A stretch of 44,027 nucleotides of DNA, counting the filler, from Catajapyx aquilonaris (Eukaryota), in assembly GCA_000934665.2 (NCBI GenBank). It is 2 parts of 2 records of this genome, joined end to end, with 100 filler letters (N's around TTAATTAATTAA, not from the genome) between each part and the next. Parts side by side here need not be neighbours in the genome. Positions count along the whole stretch, not along the records: positions 22,138 to 44,027 come from KZ539447.1; 1 more part is not named here. One strand, written 5' to 3'. This document shows, piece by piece, positions 23,930 through 38,277 of the stretch. The notes below the pieces were generated by a model, which saw only the letters and a program-made list of their open reading frames with translations, had not been told where the DNA came from and searched no databases. The position numbers were made by a program, and so were the translations under genes. Positions within the stretch are counted from its first letter, which is position 1. Each line of letters opens with the position of its first letter.

Positions 23930-24355
23930 TATTTAGGGCCAGTTGAATTACAGCAAGAAACATTTTGTGGCTGTAAAAAGCCAAAATTTTTGTTATTAAT
24001 TGTTGTCAACAATGAATGAAAAACTTTTATTGATCTTTTCCTGCAGAAAATGTTTTCTGGCTACAGTACAACTGGACATTTGGGTCATGAAGTTTTAGAA
24101 CCCAATTTTCCCCCTTGTGCTATGTTCAATAAATTAGCACCATGCATTTCAAAGGTAGTTTTAAACTTGGGAAGCGAATTGTACTGTGTGTATTGTATTT
24201 TTGTTTATTCTTTGACACAAAAGTTACTGTATTCAAATTGGTTATGGTGAAAGTACTTCAGGAATCTTGGAGCTTAAGCCCAAGAATCGGCCTTTGATGC
24301 CAGCCTGATTAATAGTTTATTGATCTATCATTTAATGAACGTGACTTTTTTTTAG

Positions 24356-25054
24356 GAGGAGGCTGAGGAGGCAGAACAAGAGACACCTAGCCTGCAGTGT
24401 AAAGTGGTGGAGAAAAGCAAGGAGCGAACTGTTATTGAACTACAGGAGCCACCAAAGGAGCCAAAGAGTGAACTTGCTTGGAATGGGAAGCGACATGCCT
24501 CTGGCGAGAGTGAGGGTGGCAGCCCTGAACCAAGAGGTCAAAGGTCGCATCGTAGAGGCAAAACCAGGAGCATGTCTGACTCAAGTGATGATTACACATC
24601 ATCAAGTTCAGGAAGTAGAAAGAAAGGAATCCTAAAATTACGTCCGAAACCACAGCGAAGCATGTCTGAATCCAGTGTTGATGATGCCTTTTTACCATCA
24701 GAAGAGCTGAAAGAGTCTCCACCTCAGCCTGACATAAGCGAAGAGGAACGGAAAAGTGTCCGGTTTAATGATGTGGTGAAGCGCCAGCTGTACCGATCTG
24801 ATTCAAGCATACTGGGCCAGAGGAAAAAGAACCAGAAGAAGGCCAGGAGCAAAAGAAGGGCAAGAGCTAGACGTGCGAGTGAATCTGAGAGCGACAAAGA
24901 GAAGAAAGATAAAGATGAGAATGGAAAGGATTCTGGAAGCGATGACGACGACGATGATGATGAGACGGAGGTAAATGAGACAAAGAATACACAGAACCCA
25001 GGCCTGGGCCAGTTTACCAACAGCCTGATGTTTGATCTGGATTTAGAACCGTGA
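24356..25054 (+). CDS. DNAAF2: Protein kintoun (dynein axonemal assembly factor 2; Drosophila Nop17l), terminal coding exon
   Basis: Acceptor ttttttttag at 24346-24355, in frame with ORF 24404..25054. The motifs RSMSESS, KSVRFNDVVKRQLYRSDSSILGQRKKNQKK and C-terminal NSLMFDLD match the insect kintoun C-terminus as I recall it. PIH1-domain exons are not in the window. Confidence 0.8.
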   Translation, partial: EEAEEAEQETPSLQCKVVEKSKERTVIELQEPPKEPKSELAWNGKRHASGESEGGSPEPRGQRSHRRGKTRSMSDSSDDYTSSSSGSRKKGILKLRPKPQRSMSESSVDDAFLPSEELKESPPQPDISEEERKSVRFNDVVKRQLYRSDSSILGQRKKNQKKARSKRRARARRASESESDKEKKDKDENGKDSGSDDDDDDDETEVNETKNTQNPGLGQFTNSLMFDLDLEP

Positions 25055-25170
25055 GAAACATCCCGGTGAATATAGTCATTCCAGTGATAGTGTAGTCCGA
25101 AGCATTTTAGTGCTCCAGTGAGTAGTAATTTTTTTGTTATGCGGTTTTTGCACGTGAATCAAGTGTGAAG

Positions 25171-25176
25171 AATAAA
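25171..25176 (+). promoter_or_regulatory. Candidate polyadenylation signal of kintoun
   Basis: AATAAA about 117 nt after the stop, followed by GT/T-rich sequence. Confidence 0.5.
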
Positions 25177-27329
25177 GAAATACACTGCCGGTTTTTTTGC
25201 GTTGTTTATCCAATTATATGTTGGTTGTTGTGTTGGATTCTGTTGGTCATGTATCAAGCAGATCAAATATATAGATGAGAGTTTAGTTTGCAGCTATGAT
25301 GTTCTTACATTTTTTTAATTAACCTGAGTCACATATTGGTTATTTTTTTTTGTATATTTCAGCTCTCATTTGTAAGAGTGTGCCATCATTAGGTGTTAAT
25401 GTCTGTTGTGCCTGGCAGGAGGAAAAGGCACCAGCTGCCAGTTTATTGCAGGTAATTTTTAGGCCAGATGTGTTGCTGTGGTGCAAACCAAGTTATCACC
25501 ACAGGGTGTGGCGATGAGGAGCGAGACAATTTTTGTCATCTGCAAAAACAAAACAAAAAAAAACCCTCCTGGATCCTGTAGTCAATTTCATTGCAAATGT
25601 TTTGTGGAAAGGTCACAGCATAAACGTGACCTGAAAGTCAACCCCTATTCTATGAGCATTGGAAAAAAAAAGCAGTGTGGGTTCTGATTGATTCCGGAGA
25701 AAAAGAAATTTTCTCCGAAGGCCATGAATAAAAGATAATCGTCGTAGGGAAGAGGAAGTCTCTCTTGTGATCTTTTTCCCAGTCTCCACTTCCACCTTCT
25801 CCTACCCACACCTTTTTTTTTTTTTCCTATCATCCTTCCATCACAAATCTCAGCACCGTCACTTTTCTTGAGCGTCATTATAGGGAACTTCAGTTCTGAT
25901 TTTCTCCCCTCCTTTTTTTCTGGCTCCCCCCCTTTTTTCAATTCTTCCTTCATAAAAGGCGTTTTAGTCATACTGCACTGGAGGCGTGTAACCTCCCGGG
26001 TACAAGCTTCAGGATTTGGTCCGTGGATCGATTCGAATTTTACGCTTTGTGAGACTGACAAGGACTTGGAAGTGTCAAAAGTGAAAATGTCAGTTTTCAA
26101 TCAGATGTGACATGTTTTGTGTTTTTTTTTGCATAAAAATGGGGGTCAAAGCCATGTGTGCGATTATGGGTTGGTATAATGGTTCGTACTAATTGGTATC
26201 CCTTGTTCTGATAGTAATTATCCGCATACAATGACCTATCCAGCTTCCTCGTTTTAATTGACCCTGCCTAGTTATTGTGCCCAATTAGTATGCAAGGATG
26301 TCTAGTCAGAATCGTTCCCATAAGTTGCCAGTGTAATTAGCTGTTTTTGTTTCATGATCGACCCTGAATTTCATAATTCGGCTTCCTGGTATGGTACAGT
26401 TAACATTGTGGTTTATTTATTTAAGTTTTTTTTTTTTTGTCGTTTGTGAAGACGGGTGGCAATCTGCTGTCAGATAATTCGTCAACACGCCAGTCTTCAC
26501 TATTTCAGGAACACGGAGTCGTACACTATTTTCACTTTCGAACCATTTTCTTTGAAACCACTTCTTACACAGTATAATAGTGATAATGCAGCGATAGTGA
26601 ATGCTCAATTTAAAATATAATATCAAGGATACGTATTATATCTACACCTTACTTTATCGCTCCAACAAAGCAACTTTGCACAATTTATTCCAACATCTGC
26701 TTCAAAATAAAGATACTGATAATTCGAATTACGACCTCGACATTGACATTCCATATGCTCCACATTGATAATGCCAGTTCACGTACACTACTTTGGTTGT
26801 GAAGTCATTCGTACAGGATACAATCACTTTCCTCACGTCATGTGCAGTGTACCCTTCTGCCAGCAGCATGCTTCAACTGGTGAGGATCCCCCGAGCATTT
26901 TCATGGGTTGCCATAGCAACAAGTTGTTGACAGGTACAGTGCTACAGTGTAAACTTTAGCAGTAGAACGTGTAGAAATACGTTGCAGATTACGATAAAGT
27001 TATTCACTATAACTTTCATAATATTACGGTACAGTGTAGGTAGTACCACAAGTTTGTTTCAAGTTCATTAGTTTTAAAATTGTGCAGCTGTTCCGCAGCA
27101 ATGGGCGTGTGTTGCATATCTTCCAAGAGTGCAGATGGCGCTTTCATGGCCATCATCGCACAACGACCTGGAAGAGACGCTTCCATGCTTTTATAGTCCT
27201 TGTATTCTTTCCTTCCTCTCCATCGATTCCCATCTTGTTTGCCCATGCCCAATTTTTCACTAGTTTCGCCTAGTTACCTCCCTTCCCTGGGGCCATTTCC
27301 GCCTCATTTGACTACAAGACGTGCCTGCC

Positions 27330-27736
27330 TATAAAGTGTCTGGACCGTTTTCTCTCTGGGCCTGGTTCCGTGTGTGCTGCATCGGCACAACGGCAGGTAC
27401 CGCAGGCGCTGCCTCGTTACCCGGAAGGGTCCATCCGATTGGCCGCGTTCAGACGCACCTGCGCGTTTCGTGGGTAGTTTCGGTCGGGTATGTTCCGGGT
27501 TGTGGGTGGCTGGGCTGGGCCTCGGTGGGTGGATGGGTGGGTGGGTGTTCCAGAGGGGGTTGGAGGGACTTGTACTTGCTCAGTCTTTAACCTCGGCGGG
27601 AGTGTGAAGTTGAGTGCGCGAAGAGTTGCGGTAGTGCCAACTACTCTTCTGTCTGTTGGTTATTTTCGGGTGACCAGTGCGGGTCAGTGAGGAGTCAACC
27701 CGGGGGTCAAGACCAGCGGGTCTTCTACTTGTGCAG
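27330..27736 (+). promoter_or_regulatory. Candidate GC-rich promoter / non-coding first exon of the Elk gene
   Basis: TATAAAG at 27330, a GC-rich stretch in AT-rich surroundings, and a strong donor CAG|GTAAG at 27736/27737. The Elk ATG exon has a splice acceptor, so an upstream exon is required. Confidence 0.3.
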
Positions 27737-30700
27737 GTAAGAAGGGTCAACATGGCCAGTGTTATGTAACAATGGGCCGTGATGTGCGGTGCCTGTAGAT
27801 GTCCGGGTGGCGGCTAGACCAGAGTCAACAAACTATGAGCAACAGGTTACTAGAGCGTAGACCCGCCGGTTGGGATAGAGCAATAGACCTGTGGTTACTT
27901 GGGGGTAGATAAGCAAATTAAGGGTATGTGTTGAAGTTGGTCCCAAGTTGAACATCGATCACCTGAAGACATTAGGGTAATTGAATTGTCGCGGGAAAGT
28001 GGTTCTTCCCTAGTATGAAAGTAATAAGTTTGTCTCACGACATTCATTATGCGAGAGGATGAAGAAGAAATATATCTTGTGGGATTTATGTCATAAATGG
28101 TAGAATACATTTCGTCGGGACTACTTAATCTGGATAACGTAGAATGTATGCTACAAAATTTAAAGCATATATATCATCGAGGTGTTGGCGATATCCATAT
28201 CTAGGTGGCTGATAGTGACGTACGGGAAGTCACTTGTGACTATTGTAAAGTACTGTATAGATGGAAGGAAAACGAGAAATTTTCCACTTTTATAGCTTCA
28301 GTATTATGCTCAACAAATCTAGGTTCAAGTGTTGTTCCGGGGTTAATAGGGGATGTGATCGCCATAGTCCAGGTATTTTAATTATGAAAACACAAGCTTG
28401 AGTAATGCCTGAGCGTATTCATAAAGCCTGGACAAGAACAACTATCCATATTACTGTTTTGTAATATGCATTTAAATTCTTAATAATAAAGTTAATTGCT
28501 TCTTTGTAATAAACCAGCAATTATTAATTTACCAGTTTCAAATGTACGGTACATCAATAACGTCGACCATATTTGCCGTTTTTTTATATGTACTGGAACA
28601 ATATTGAGAAAAAATCACCTTGTCGTAAGGTTCATGTGATTTTAAAATGCTATAAATCTAGGAACGAGATTATTTGAAGCCAAAGAACCATAAATAATTT
28701 GCTTTGCATTCTATTATGCTATACCCTGAACATTGCTTGGGACCGGAAAACACCTGATTATGCAAATACGATGGAATAGTTCATGCAAGGGAAAGGTGAA
28801 AGACTCACCATGCTTCTTCCTACCTGCCACTTTTTTAATAACCTGCCTCGCAAATCATAACAACCATGCTTTAAAAAAACAACAACCCCAGAACAGATAC
28901 GCGAACAGCCCGATAAGCTAAAATGAAACCATGTTTGTAAATTTTTTTGTAGCACAATTCGCCCCCTCAATCTAACTAGCCCCCACCCAAATTTAATCAA
29001 GCAACCACGCTAAAAGCAATAAGTAGGCGGAGTGTTAGTGGGGGGGCAAGGGAGAGATATACGAGGAAGTGTTAGTAAGGCATCTATGCAATGAGCAGGT
29101 TGGTCTGGAAATTGGCCTGGAACCAGATAAGGCCAACAAGCCCGCCTCCTTTTCCCACCTAATGGCCTGAACCAACACAATTAAGGGCTGCTTTCTCCCA
29201 CAAACAATAAAGATCCCAATATTGCGCCTTACCCCCTTTGCTCGTCTAAGGATCAACAAACCATAGCTATCTACATATATTTATTTTCTGTAATGAAACG
29301 TGGCATGTGGTGATAGTTTTGAGTCGCTTTCGGTTAATTATATTTGTTGCGGGGATTTACAGGATTATAGGTGGGAAGGTTACAGGGCGTTCAGATCATA
29401 TCACTGGACAGGTTTTAAGCTATGAATCATTCACAATTAGCGTGTCAATGTGCAGTGTTTATTAGGATGATTTGCAGCTTATTTGCTGCAGATTTGGCGT
29501 ATTTATGCGGAGAGTTGTAAATTAGAACTAAGCCGATTAAGCACGTTTGTGACCACGTTATGCTTATCATACAGCATATCATGGAGGTTTACGCCCCGCG
29601 GGGTAATAAATGAATAAATAAATAAATAAATGAATAAATGAATATCATGGAGGTCGTGCGTAAATGGCATGTTATTTGTTATGATGTTACAAAATATTCA
29701 TGTACAATTAGCTACAAATAAAATCACAAGGAAAATATTTTTATATTGTAATATTAGGCACTGCAACATAGCCCTCAATAACTCAAGAAATCACACTTTG
29801 CAGTCATTTTTTAAAGTAGAGCATGAAAGATTAAAAGGAATTTTAATTACTCTCATTTAGGTCTGATAACATTGTGCGTGTCGCATGCCAATGTAATATG
29901 TTGCACATTTTGCAGGGTTACCCCGTCGTTCTTCACCGTCCTTATCGCAAAATGTTACCAGCCACTGGACAATGTGACTCGGCTGTTGTGATTGACTCAC
30001 ACGTAATATTACGCGTAATGATATGCTGGGCTGTATTGTATGACGTATGACAACATGCATTAATTTCGACACAGCTTATAATAATTATCCTTATGCTACT
30101 GTTTGGATGGGTTTATTAACGTCAGGTTGTCCTCTGTGAGGAATATTAATCTACAGAATAATACATGACTATACCCAATCACACCGCATTAGACTCGGAG
30201 AATTCATAATTTTTTATTCTAACAAAAGTAATGGCCAGTAGCTGTTTAAACCTGGCATCTATCATACAAACATGCATATATTGACTGTCATTATAACCTG
30301 CATATTCAGTTGCATTCAAGGATAGACTCAAGTTCCGGAACATCTGTCACGACTTCTGTCACACCAGAGTACAAAAATATCAGCAGTCTCCCTTCAATGT
30401 GGTATGTTTATCATATTTATCATGGATTTCCAGCAAACTCCTGTTTAATTATTAATGTGTGTGGCTCCTCGCCGCAGCGCCACTGAGGCGTTATGTTGAC
30501 TTGTTGAATTTGCATTATGATCCCAAATTACCAAACATTTTATGTGTGACGTCAAATAAGTATAGGTATTGCGCATAATTACGAGCTTGTCCTAATTTGC
30601 CTAGTACACATCACATATTCATTTAAGAGTCAAATTGCTTTGTCCAGTGGCATATTTAAGTAATTAAATTTGCATGAACGGGCTCCCAATGATAATTTAC

Positions 30701-33163
30701 GCTGCCTGAAAATACTGGTCAGGCTTTTATAATGAGGAACTAAATTGTCCAACTGGTTGCTTCAGTTATTTCCTACCCAAAATTAAATATTGGTGTTATT
30801 CTTAGAATACTTCTACAGCAGGTTGCTGTTTTATCAGATTTTCTAAGAAGCACATGCTGCTAGAAGAACACTACTCATTTGTACCATTCACTATATACAT
30901 AGGTATTACACAAACCTGGCTAAATGACCTGTGCACGTTGCCAATTGGCGGGAAGGCTCTAACAGGAAAAAAAAGCGCGCGTAAGCATTGCTCATAACTA
31001 AAAAATCAAAATGTCGCAGAGTCCACTTAGGCTTGCCAAATTGCGCAAGTGGGACACCGGCCTCTTGTGAAGTTGTTAAATCTACTAAAAATAACTTTAT
31101 CTCCATCTGTGCCAAGATTTGTTCAGGTGATTGTGATTATGCTGCAATGGAAAAAGCATGAGAAGACTTTCTTCGAATATCAGAAATATATTGTTGCAAT
31201 TTTGGTACTTTACAACATGTTACCCTGTACTGTCTACGTGTCTAATGGTTTATTATTACTGTATTAATTTCCATGCTAATATACGTTATTGTTTAATTTT
31301 AGCGTTCAATATTGATAACTACTATAATAAAGAAAAATTATTATTACAGGCACTTTCAGTAAAACAATTTAGGATAAATGACACTCAGTGTTACCTCAAA
31401 GGCATGCAATATTTTTAGAGTGTCTGTCTATTTATTGCATTGTCAAGATCCTATTTTTAGAGTGCAGTGTCTTGTAGGGCGAAAGTTAGCTTTAGTGAAG
31501 CAATTTTGCAGTGTCCGGCGGCGCCTTCCAACCGTTATAATTTATTGGAGCAGGATCTGGCACACGTTTTGGCAAAGGGGTGGGGTCATTCCACCCCTTA
31601 AATTCTTTTGAGAATTGAAACTTAAATCTGAAAATAGGACTATGCCATTTGAATATAGCAAAAGTGGGTTGCTTGTTTGCTTCATTGGTCAGCAGAAAAT
31701 TATACTGTATTTCCGACCAAAATTTTAGTGTAATATGTTTTATGTGCCAAATTAAGTATGCATAAGCTATAGAGTAGCAGGTATAGTGCCAAATTGCATA
31801 AAACCGATGCTTTTAGTCCCAGTAATAAAAATTTAAAACCAAACACTCAGTTGTGTCAACTCGAATTATGAGGAAATATATGTTAGTATTGCGAATAATA
31901 ATATTATGAGCCACTTTATTTGCGTTTATTTAGTCATGCTTGTATGTTAATACCAAGGATATTTACTTGTAATAATCTCTTTGAATTCTGAAAGGTATGA
32001 CCTGTTTCGCGACACTTGGGGACGTGTTACGTGGCGTTAGAAATTTCGATTGTGGAGTATAAACAATCTTGGATATCAGTTTACTTAGGTTCACACAGCA
32101 GAAATTGCGGGACTCGAAGTAGATGATGGTGTCTGGTGTAGATTCATGGGAATTGGAGCCTGGAATAATCTACAGATCCCATTATCGCCTTCGTTGTTAT
32201 CATATTTCCAATTAGTTTTTGGATCTCTGGGGGGGGGGGGGGGGGNGGGGAAATGAGTGGATTTTTTTTCTTCCTATAAGAACCGTCCACGTCCTTTACT
32301 TTTTTTTTGAAAGCAACCAATTGGCCGTTGATAAATTTAGACATAACATTGTTGTCTCCCTGTCAATAAGCATGCTATAAAAATAGCTTTATGTGAAGTA
32401 AACGAGTTTAATAGTCACATTTTTGTTACACATAAACCATACGTGTTCATAAACATTGACGTCCTATCTAAAATCAGTATTTTCAGACTTTATAGCTGTG
32501 CAAGAATCGCATGTTTGAACTAGTCGTGCCAGCCATCAAGTTCAATGCCATTCCTTCAGCAATCTAAGGATAATCAGAAGTTATTTCTCTTAAGCAGGAA
32601 GAGCATGACGGGAGGTGACGGGTAATTATTGGTTTGTTGTAAAAATAGCAAAGTGCGCGCGCAAATGGGTGAAGAGGGAGAGCATAAGTCGGGGTGTGGA
32701 AAGGGGGGTTCTGGAAGGGAGAGTAAACTTTTAAGCACCCTTTTACGACGGTCAGTCGAGAAGAAACCGCAATATTGACCGCATTGTTTCTGAGCTGAAT
32801 GCTTACCGAGACTAAGTGAGAGGTTGTGGTAGAAGTGGACAGAGGAAGTGGATGTGCGCCATGGAGTTGGTTAGGGGGAAATTGGCTGAAATAGGTATAA
32901 ACTGAAATATATTAAAGCTTAAAAAATTAAAATTAAATTGAAAAATTATTATTGAAATATTAGTGGGTCTAAATTTACGAGCTGGCTTTTCCGGCATCTA
33001 AGCCATTAACTGAAAAGCCTCCAGAATTTATCACTGTCGACTCCAATCCCATATTTTTGGCAGCTTGTCCAGTGCTTGTAAGATGACCTATCCTACACAT
33101 GTTATATGAACTAACGGTTGTTCTTTCACTGTTTCAGAACTGGTAGTGACACAGCTTTTCTCC

Positions 33164-33239
33164 ATGCCAGCGCGAAAGGGGCTCCTGGCTCCCCAAAACA
33201 CCTTCCTCGATACCATCGCTACCAGATTTGACGGCACTC
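33164..33239 (+). CDS. Elk: Elk (EAG-like, KCNH3/4/8 subfamily) voltage-gated K+ channel, first coding exon (PAS-cap)
   Basis: Translates to [25 protein letters not shown], the Elk N-terminus. Acceptor tttcag at 33132-33137 (exon starts 33138) and phase-1 donor C|gtgagt at 33240. Too short to appear in the ORF track. Confidence 0.93.
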
Positions 33240-34826
33240 GTGAGTATTTATTCACCAAATATATTTTGGGGTATCCAAATACTTATAAGCAAGATAACGG
33301 TACATATATGAATTCATGAAGCAGCTCTTTGTGCACGGACTAATGAAAATGTCAGTTTGTCATGGTGCGTGCTGTAGTTTCATCGCTGTGGGCATCAGCT
33401 GCTGCACCTTTTCGTGTGAGAAGACACTGGCAAAAAGTAATGAGATTTCCGTGCTTGCTACAGGAAGAGATGAAATTATGGCCCTATGGAGCCTGGGACG
33501 CTCGCCAGCTGAGGATGATGCTGGCTGGGGTTATACGAATGCGGGGCTATAGGACTATGCAATTTTTCAGAGCAGACTTCTGAGGAAGTGAAGCGTCAGG
33601 TTTCACTTGTTTCGTTATCAATTGTTTATTACTGACAGCTGAGAGGGCAGCTGGACTGGGTGTAGAAGAGTCTGATACGACCAACTGGAGATAAGAATCG
33701 CGTTAAAAGTTGGGCGTACTAGTGTCATGTAAATTGTTGCCATATCATGCGGCTATAATGAATAAGTGCATTAAAGTATTTTCTGTTAATTATATTGGTG
33801 AGAATGTACTGGCCATCAAGTAAATTGTCAAAAATGCCATAAAAACAAAGTTAGCGTGGAAATGCTGCTATAGTCAGTATACGTATAATCATTCTCGAAA
33901 CTAACGTGACAAAAAAGAGTTTCGCGGTTTGACAAAATTGATCTGAAATGCGCTAATGTTGTGGCTACTAATGCAATGGACTTCATTAACAGCAACCTGT
34001 TTACATGTTAAACTAGCTGATATGAGCACAATTTTTAAGGAAAAGCTTCGAGGCGTTACATTTTCAGTACACATTTCTACTTTGTAGTCATCATTTAATC
34101 CGCTTTTGATATTGTACACTCCACAACGCTAAAATGTGAGGCTTGCCGAAAACAACAGAATAAGCTAGTGTAGTGCACAAGAGCAAGGTAAAAAAAACTA
34201 ATAACCAACGTCAAAACCATCCCCGCTTTTTAAAAAAACTGGAGTTCTGTTAGGTACTGCATTCGTGATGAGCATATATTATTACAGTGCCCGTGTTGTT
34301 AAAATAGAGCCGAAAATTTTTGAGCTTACCTGAACGCACACAGGGGCTATGCGAGAGCACGAGAGGTTTTCCATTTCGTCCTTTTGAGCACACTTTTTCC
34401 TCATAAAGTAGCCGGCAACTGGAATCATTTACGAGAAAGTGCTCTTTACCAGACCTATATCAAAATTTGCTTTGTCACCTACAAAGTGGATGACAGATTG
34501 GCTTACTTCCTCTCAAAGAAGGGCTCGTTCCTGAGATCCATTCCGGAATTTCCATCGACAAGAGAAGTGGCATGAGTCCAAATTGACGATGGCTGCTTAC
34601 ATATAGTTACAGTTGTTTACATAGTGTATATACTCCCATAATTATGGAATAAAATTCTAGAATAATTTCATTAGCTAAGTGACATAGAATTTATCAGATC
34701 AGAACTCCAGAAATATCTTCTAGAATTCTAGAATCAAAATATTGATCAACAATCCTGGGGTTGGATATAACGAGTAGAGCGCATGTGTGCTCCAAATAAT
34801 CTGTAGAAAGGCCTTTCATTTGGTGC

Positions 34827-35200
34827 TCACCACTTGGATTCGTAAAAGACGGGTTTGGAAGCAACCGCACTCCAATTAGGAAGCGAAGGCTTCTCTTTTA
34901 TGATCGAGAAGACACGAGGACACAACGTGCGTTTGGTCTTTAAGCACTTGCGCCCGTGATGTTTCTTCCGCTCTTTCGCTTCTGAGCTTCTTGTATAATA
35001 GACCTTGATGGAGGTTGGAATCATCACAAGACGACTTGAAAGACGGTTTAGGACAAGGTTATCCTGGTGGTTCATCATTTCTCCAGCTGTCAACAGGCGG
35101 TTCCTTGCTCATCTGTAACAGTCTATTTCACGTCAACCACCTTGGCTTCCAATTTGCTTGCCTTCAACTTGCTAGGGGCGTTGGATGTATTTGTTTACAC
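34827..35200 (-). pseudogene. Possible highly decayed Tc1-like transposase remnant
   Basis: Fragments RNRLLTAGE and NWSAV...FYESKW loosely resemble Tc1 HTH-linker and W..V.FSDESKF motifs. Stops are present. Confidence 0.25.
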
Positions 35201-37087
35201 AGCGTATTGCAAAGGCTCCCGACGTTTTCTAATCCTCCAAATGTATTGTTCGTGATCACCATTTTACAATAATGTGTGATTTAGTAAGGTGTGCCTGGTC
35301 GCATTTGGATTTAATTAGGATGGTGGGCGAGCAGCACAAAGGCGGAGTCGCTTTAGTTGCCTTTTCCGCCATTTACGTGACAGCCTCCCCGGACTCTAAT
35401 TAAACTCTGGTAAAATCTACTTCAGCATTTTTTTTTCACCACCATCAGCTGTCAACAGGATTTGTTTGGTTTCTAGACTCTCCTGATGTTCAGTTTCCAA
35501 ATGGCAAGCGTCATGGCCACCTATTTCTGAAGGGGTTTTTTCCCACATATACTGGCTCGTTTTGAATATAGAAACAATGTTCCTCATTCATTGACGATAA
35601 TATTGCCAACACTGAAGGCGGTGGTACTTTCAATCCAGAGTCTAATGAGATCGGGGCTCTTTTTCTATTTTAAAAAAAGAAGTCTTCTATTCGAGTCGCA
35701 CATCATTAGCAGCTAAGGGAAAAGACCTTTTCATATTGAAGACTAGAGGGAACTCCATTGAATCGATCGAGTCTTCCATTCCTGACACCCCCTCCCCCTC
35801 CCCCCTGCTTTTCTCATCCAGCCTTACTCCACTTCTATTCAACTTTCACGTCTTTCTAGTCAAAATTGTTGGCAGATATCCGGAGACACCGGAATCCAAA
35901 CCTTATTACTTGAAGATTTATTTTCCTTTCGACTTATGAGATTCGCAAACGGCCAGACCAAACTTCAGTTGCCTCCGGAAATTAGAATTTGTTACTTTTT
36001 TTTCACTCGGAAGGCATTTTCTTTGGGCATGTACAGGGTGAGACAAAAAGTTAGTGGTTGAATATGGTTTGTACACGATTTGGCGACAGGTGACAGAAGT
36101 ATATGATAAAATTAATTTAAATATAATTTCAACACAGATTGACGACCCTAATAATATCCGTTTTAAAATTCGGAAATCAGTGTAGACACACTGTGGGACA
36201 TGCTGGAAAAATTAATTGAATATTAGTGAGACAAATATTTTCAATTTCGCCGATCGTTAGCTTCCACGGTGCATTAGCGACAATGGCGGGGATATACTGA
36301 GTGATTTATCGTCGGGGTGTAAAAAGGGGGGGGAAAGGGGCCAATGCACTCCCTTTTTTTGATCTACTTGCAAAGACATGTGTTTGTCTGGTCCCTTCTT
36401 CCACCTGTCACCCTTAAGGTATCGATTTATCTTCTCCCAGCCCTTTATCATCCTGTGCTCCATTTTTTTCTATCTTCTCACTCTCTAGAGACAGGGTAAA
36501 AAAATGTGATCCACAAGCCAATTGCAGTCCTTTTGAAGGTGTCATGGACCTTCCATTCCAAAGATTTTTCTGCAAGAACGTGCAGGGCAAACCTGCTTCT
36601 GCCACCACCGTATTTTCTTCATTTTTTCCCCCTCCTCTTCTGGGAATTACAGTTCGGAAATCATACAGTAGAAGGAACATTTTTTGGAGCTAGATTTTGA
36701 TCTACGCGAGATGGAAAGTAGAGTGAGTAGTTTGCGGTGAGGAAAAGCATGGAAGTAGGCTAAAGTGGATTTGGTCGCTGATGAATTCAATCTGGGTAAT
36801 CTCGTCGAGGGTGTTAAAGATCCTCGCCGAGATGGTGCTCCTCACCTTTTCAAGGGACAGGCTACCCTTTTCTTCTCGACGAAACCACCTGAACCGCAAT
36901 TGGATTGTTGCGAGGGAGCCTTGCACGGATTGTTGGCTTTGAGCCTCGGCACGTGGAGAATTCTAATACTGTTCTGTAGATTCCATTGTATTCCAGTCGT
37001 TCTCTGCCCTTTAATGCAGTTACGTGGGTAGATGGCGCTGAGGGGTATGAGGAGTCGGCAACGCCATCTTTATTTCCTCGAAATTGT

Positions 37088-37379
37088 CTACCGAAGCAGG
37101 TTGGCATAGTGGATAAGGCGTCAGACTGCTAATCGGGAGGTCCTGGGTTCGAATCCCGGGGTCGGCAACTCTGACCGTGGTTTTCTGTGGTTTCCCACGG
37201 TCCTTCCAGAAAAATTCCGGAGTTGTTTCCGTAATTAATAGGCCACAGCCGCTTCCTTCCGTCCCTATCCTATCCCAAAAAGCGCAGTAAAATGAAAGCA
37301 AAGAGTTCCAGGCAAAACAAAAACTTCCCCCCTAAAGAGCCGATAGGCTGATGACGGGGTATGAATTATTAATTATTGA

Positions 37380-37449
<70 letters not shown>
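37088..37449 (+). mobile_element. Full-length tRNA-headed SINE with a (TTA)n tail, resembling Lm1-type insect SINEs
   Basis: A-box TGGCATAGTGG, a Ser(GCT)-like loop GACTGCTAATC, B-box GGTTCGAATCC, body GGTTTTCTGTGGTTTCCC...GGCCACAGCCGCTTCCTTCC, and (TTA)n. 18-bp TSD TTATTTCCTCGAAATTGT at 37070-37087 and 37450-37467. Confidence 0.95.
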
Positions 37450-37454
<5 letters not shown>

Positions 37455-38277
37455 TCCTCGAAATTGTAACAATTTTTAAACGGATTGTTTCCACTGGCAT
37501 TTGTTAGTTTACTAATTGGTGTTAAAAAAAGTGAATAAGCAAACTTTGGCTGGGAGTGGCTGTGTACTTTTATACAGTTCTGTACAGTGAGGTTCGAAAG
37601 TTATCGCCTGCTAATTGCTGTATATAATTACAGGTTTATAGTACTTACATAACGCACTGTGGTGTTCCACGGGTTGTTCCATTTATATTGCATCGGTTAT
37701 CATGTTTCATCACTGATTGCCCGCCCTTAGGGACATATATGATGATTACAGGTAGGCCTACCATACAGGCTACATGTAACTATGCAGACACGAAATTATG
37801 AATGCAAAACACTTCGTTAGCGTTAGGTGCATGAAAATATAAAGCCATAGAGAAACAACTTGAAAGATGGTTTTTAATAGTGCGGCCGAATATTGAGCAT
37901 TTTGTTTTGCAACGATGGCAGATGAATTGAAATCGAATTCTCAAAAACAAAGTCTAGAAAGTGGACGGATTTTACAATTTGGTCCCAAATTTCTCATTGT
38001 TAATAATGAACTGATCAATATAATTTGACCTTTTGTGCGTTCCTGACGACGGTCATTAGCAGATTGCACTCTGCATCAGCGACTTGACAAAAGTTCGTTG
38101 AGGAGTTTCCTTCGAAATGAAATTCCTTTTCAAGCACATTCAGGTGCTCAGCCGAAGAAGATTTCTCATCAACTTTAGAGCATGTGCAATATTTCCTGCC
38201 GAAGGCCTCGTCTTTCCAACATAATTGCATTTAATAGATTATACCAGCAGACTCGTGATTGCAATAAAAATCATTCA

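Noticed and set aside
25645..26100. 151-aa minus-strand ORF
   Set aside because: The Lys/Glu/Gly bias comes from T/C-rich tracts on the plus strand. I recognise no domain or splice context.
3497..32250. Long poly-G/C runs with single Ns (3.5, 12.3, 18.4, 20.8 and 32.2 kb)
   Set aside because: Homopolymer lengths are unreliable at these assembly-ambiguous sites, so no functional G-quadruplex claim can be supported.
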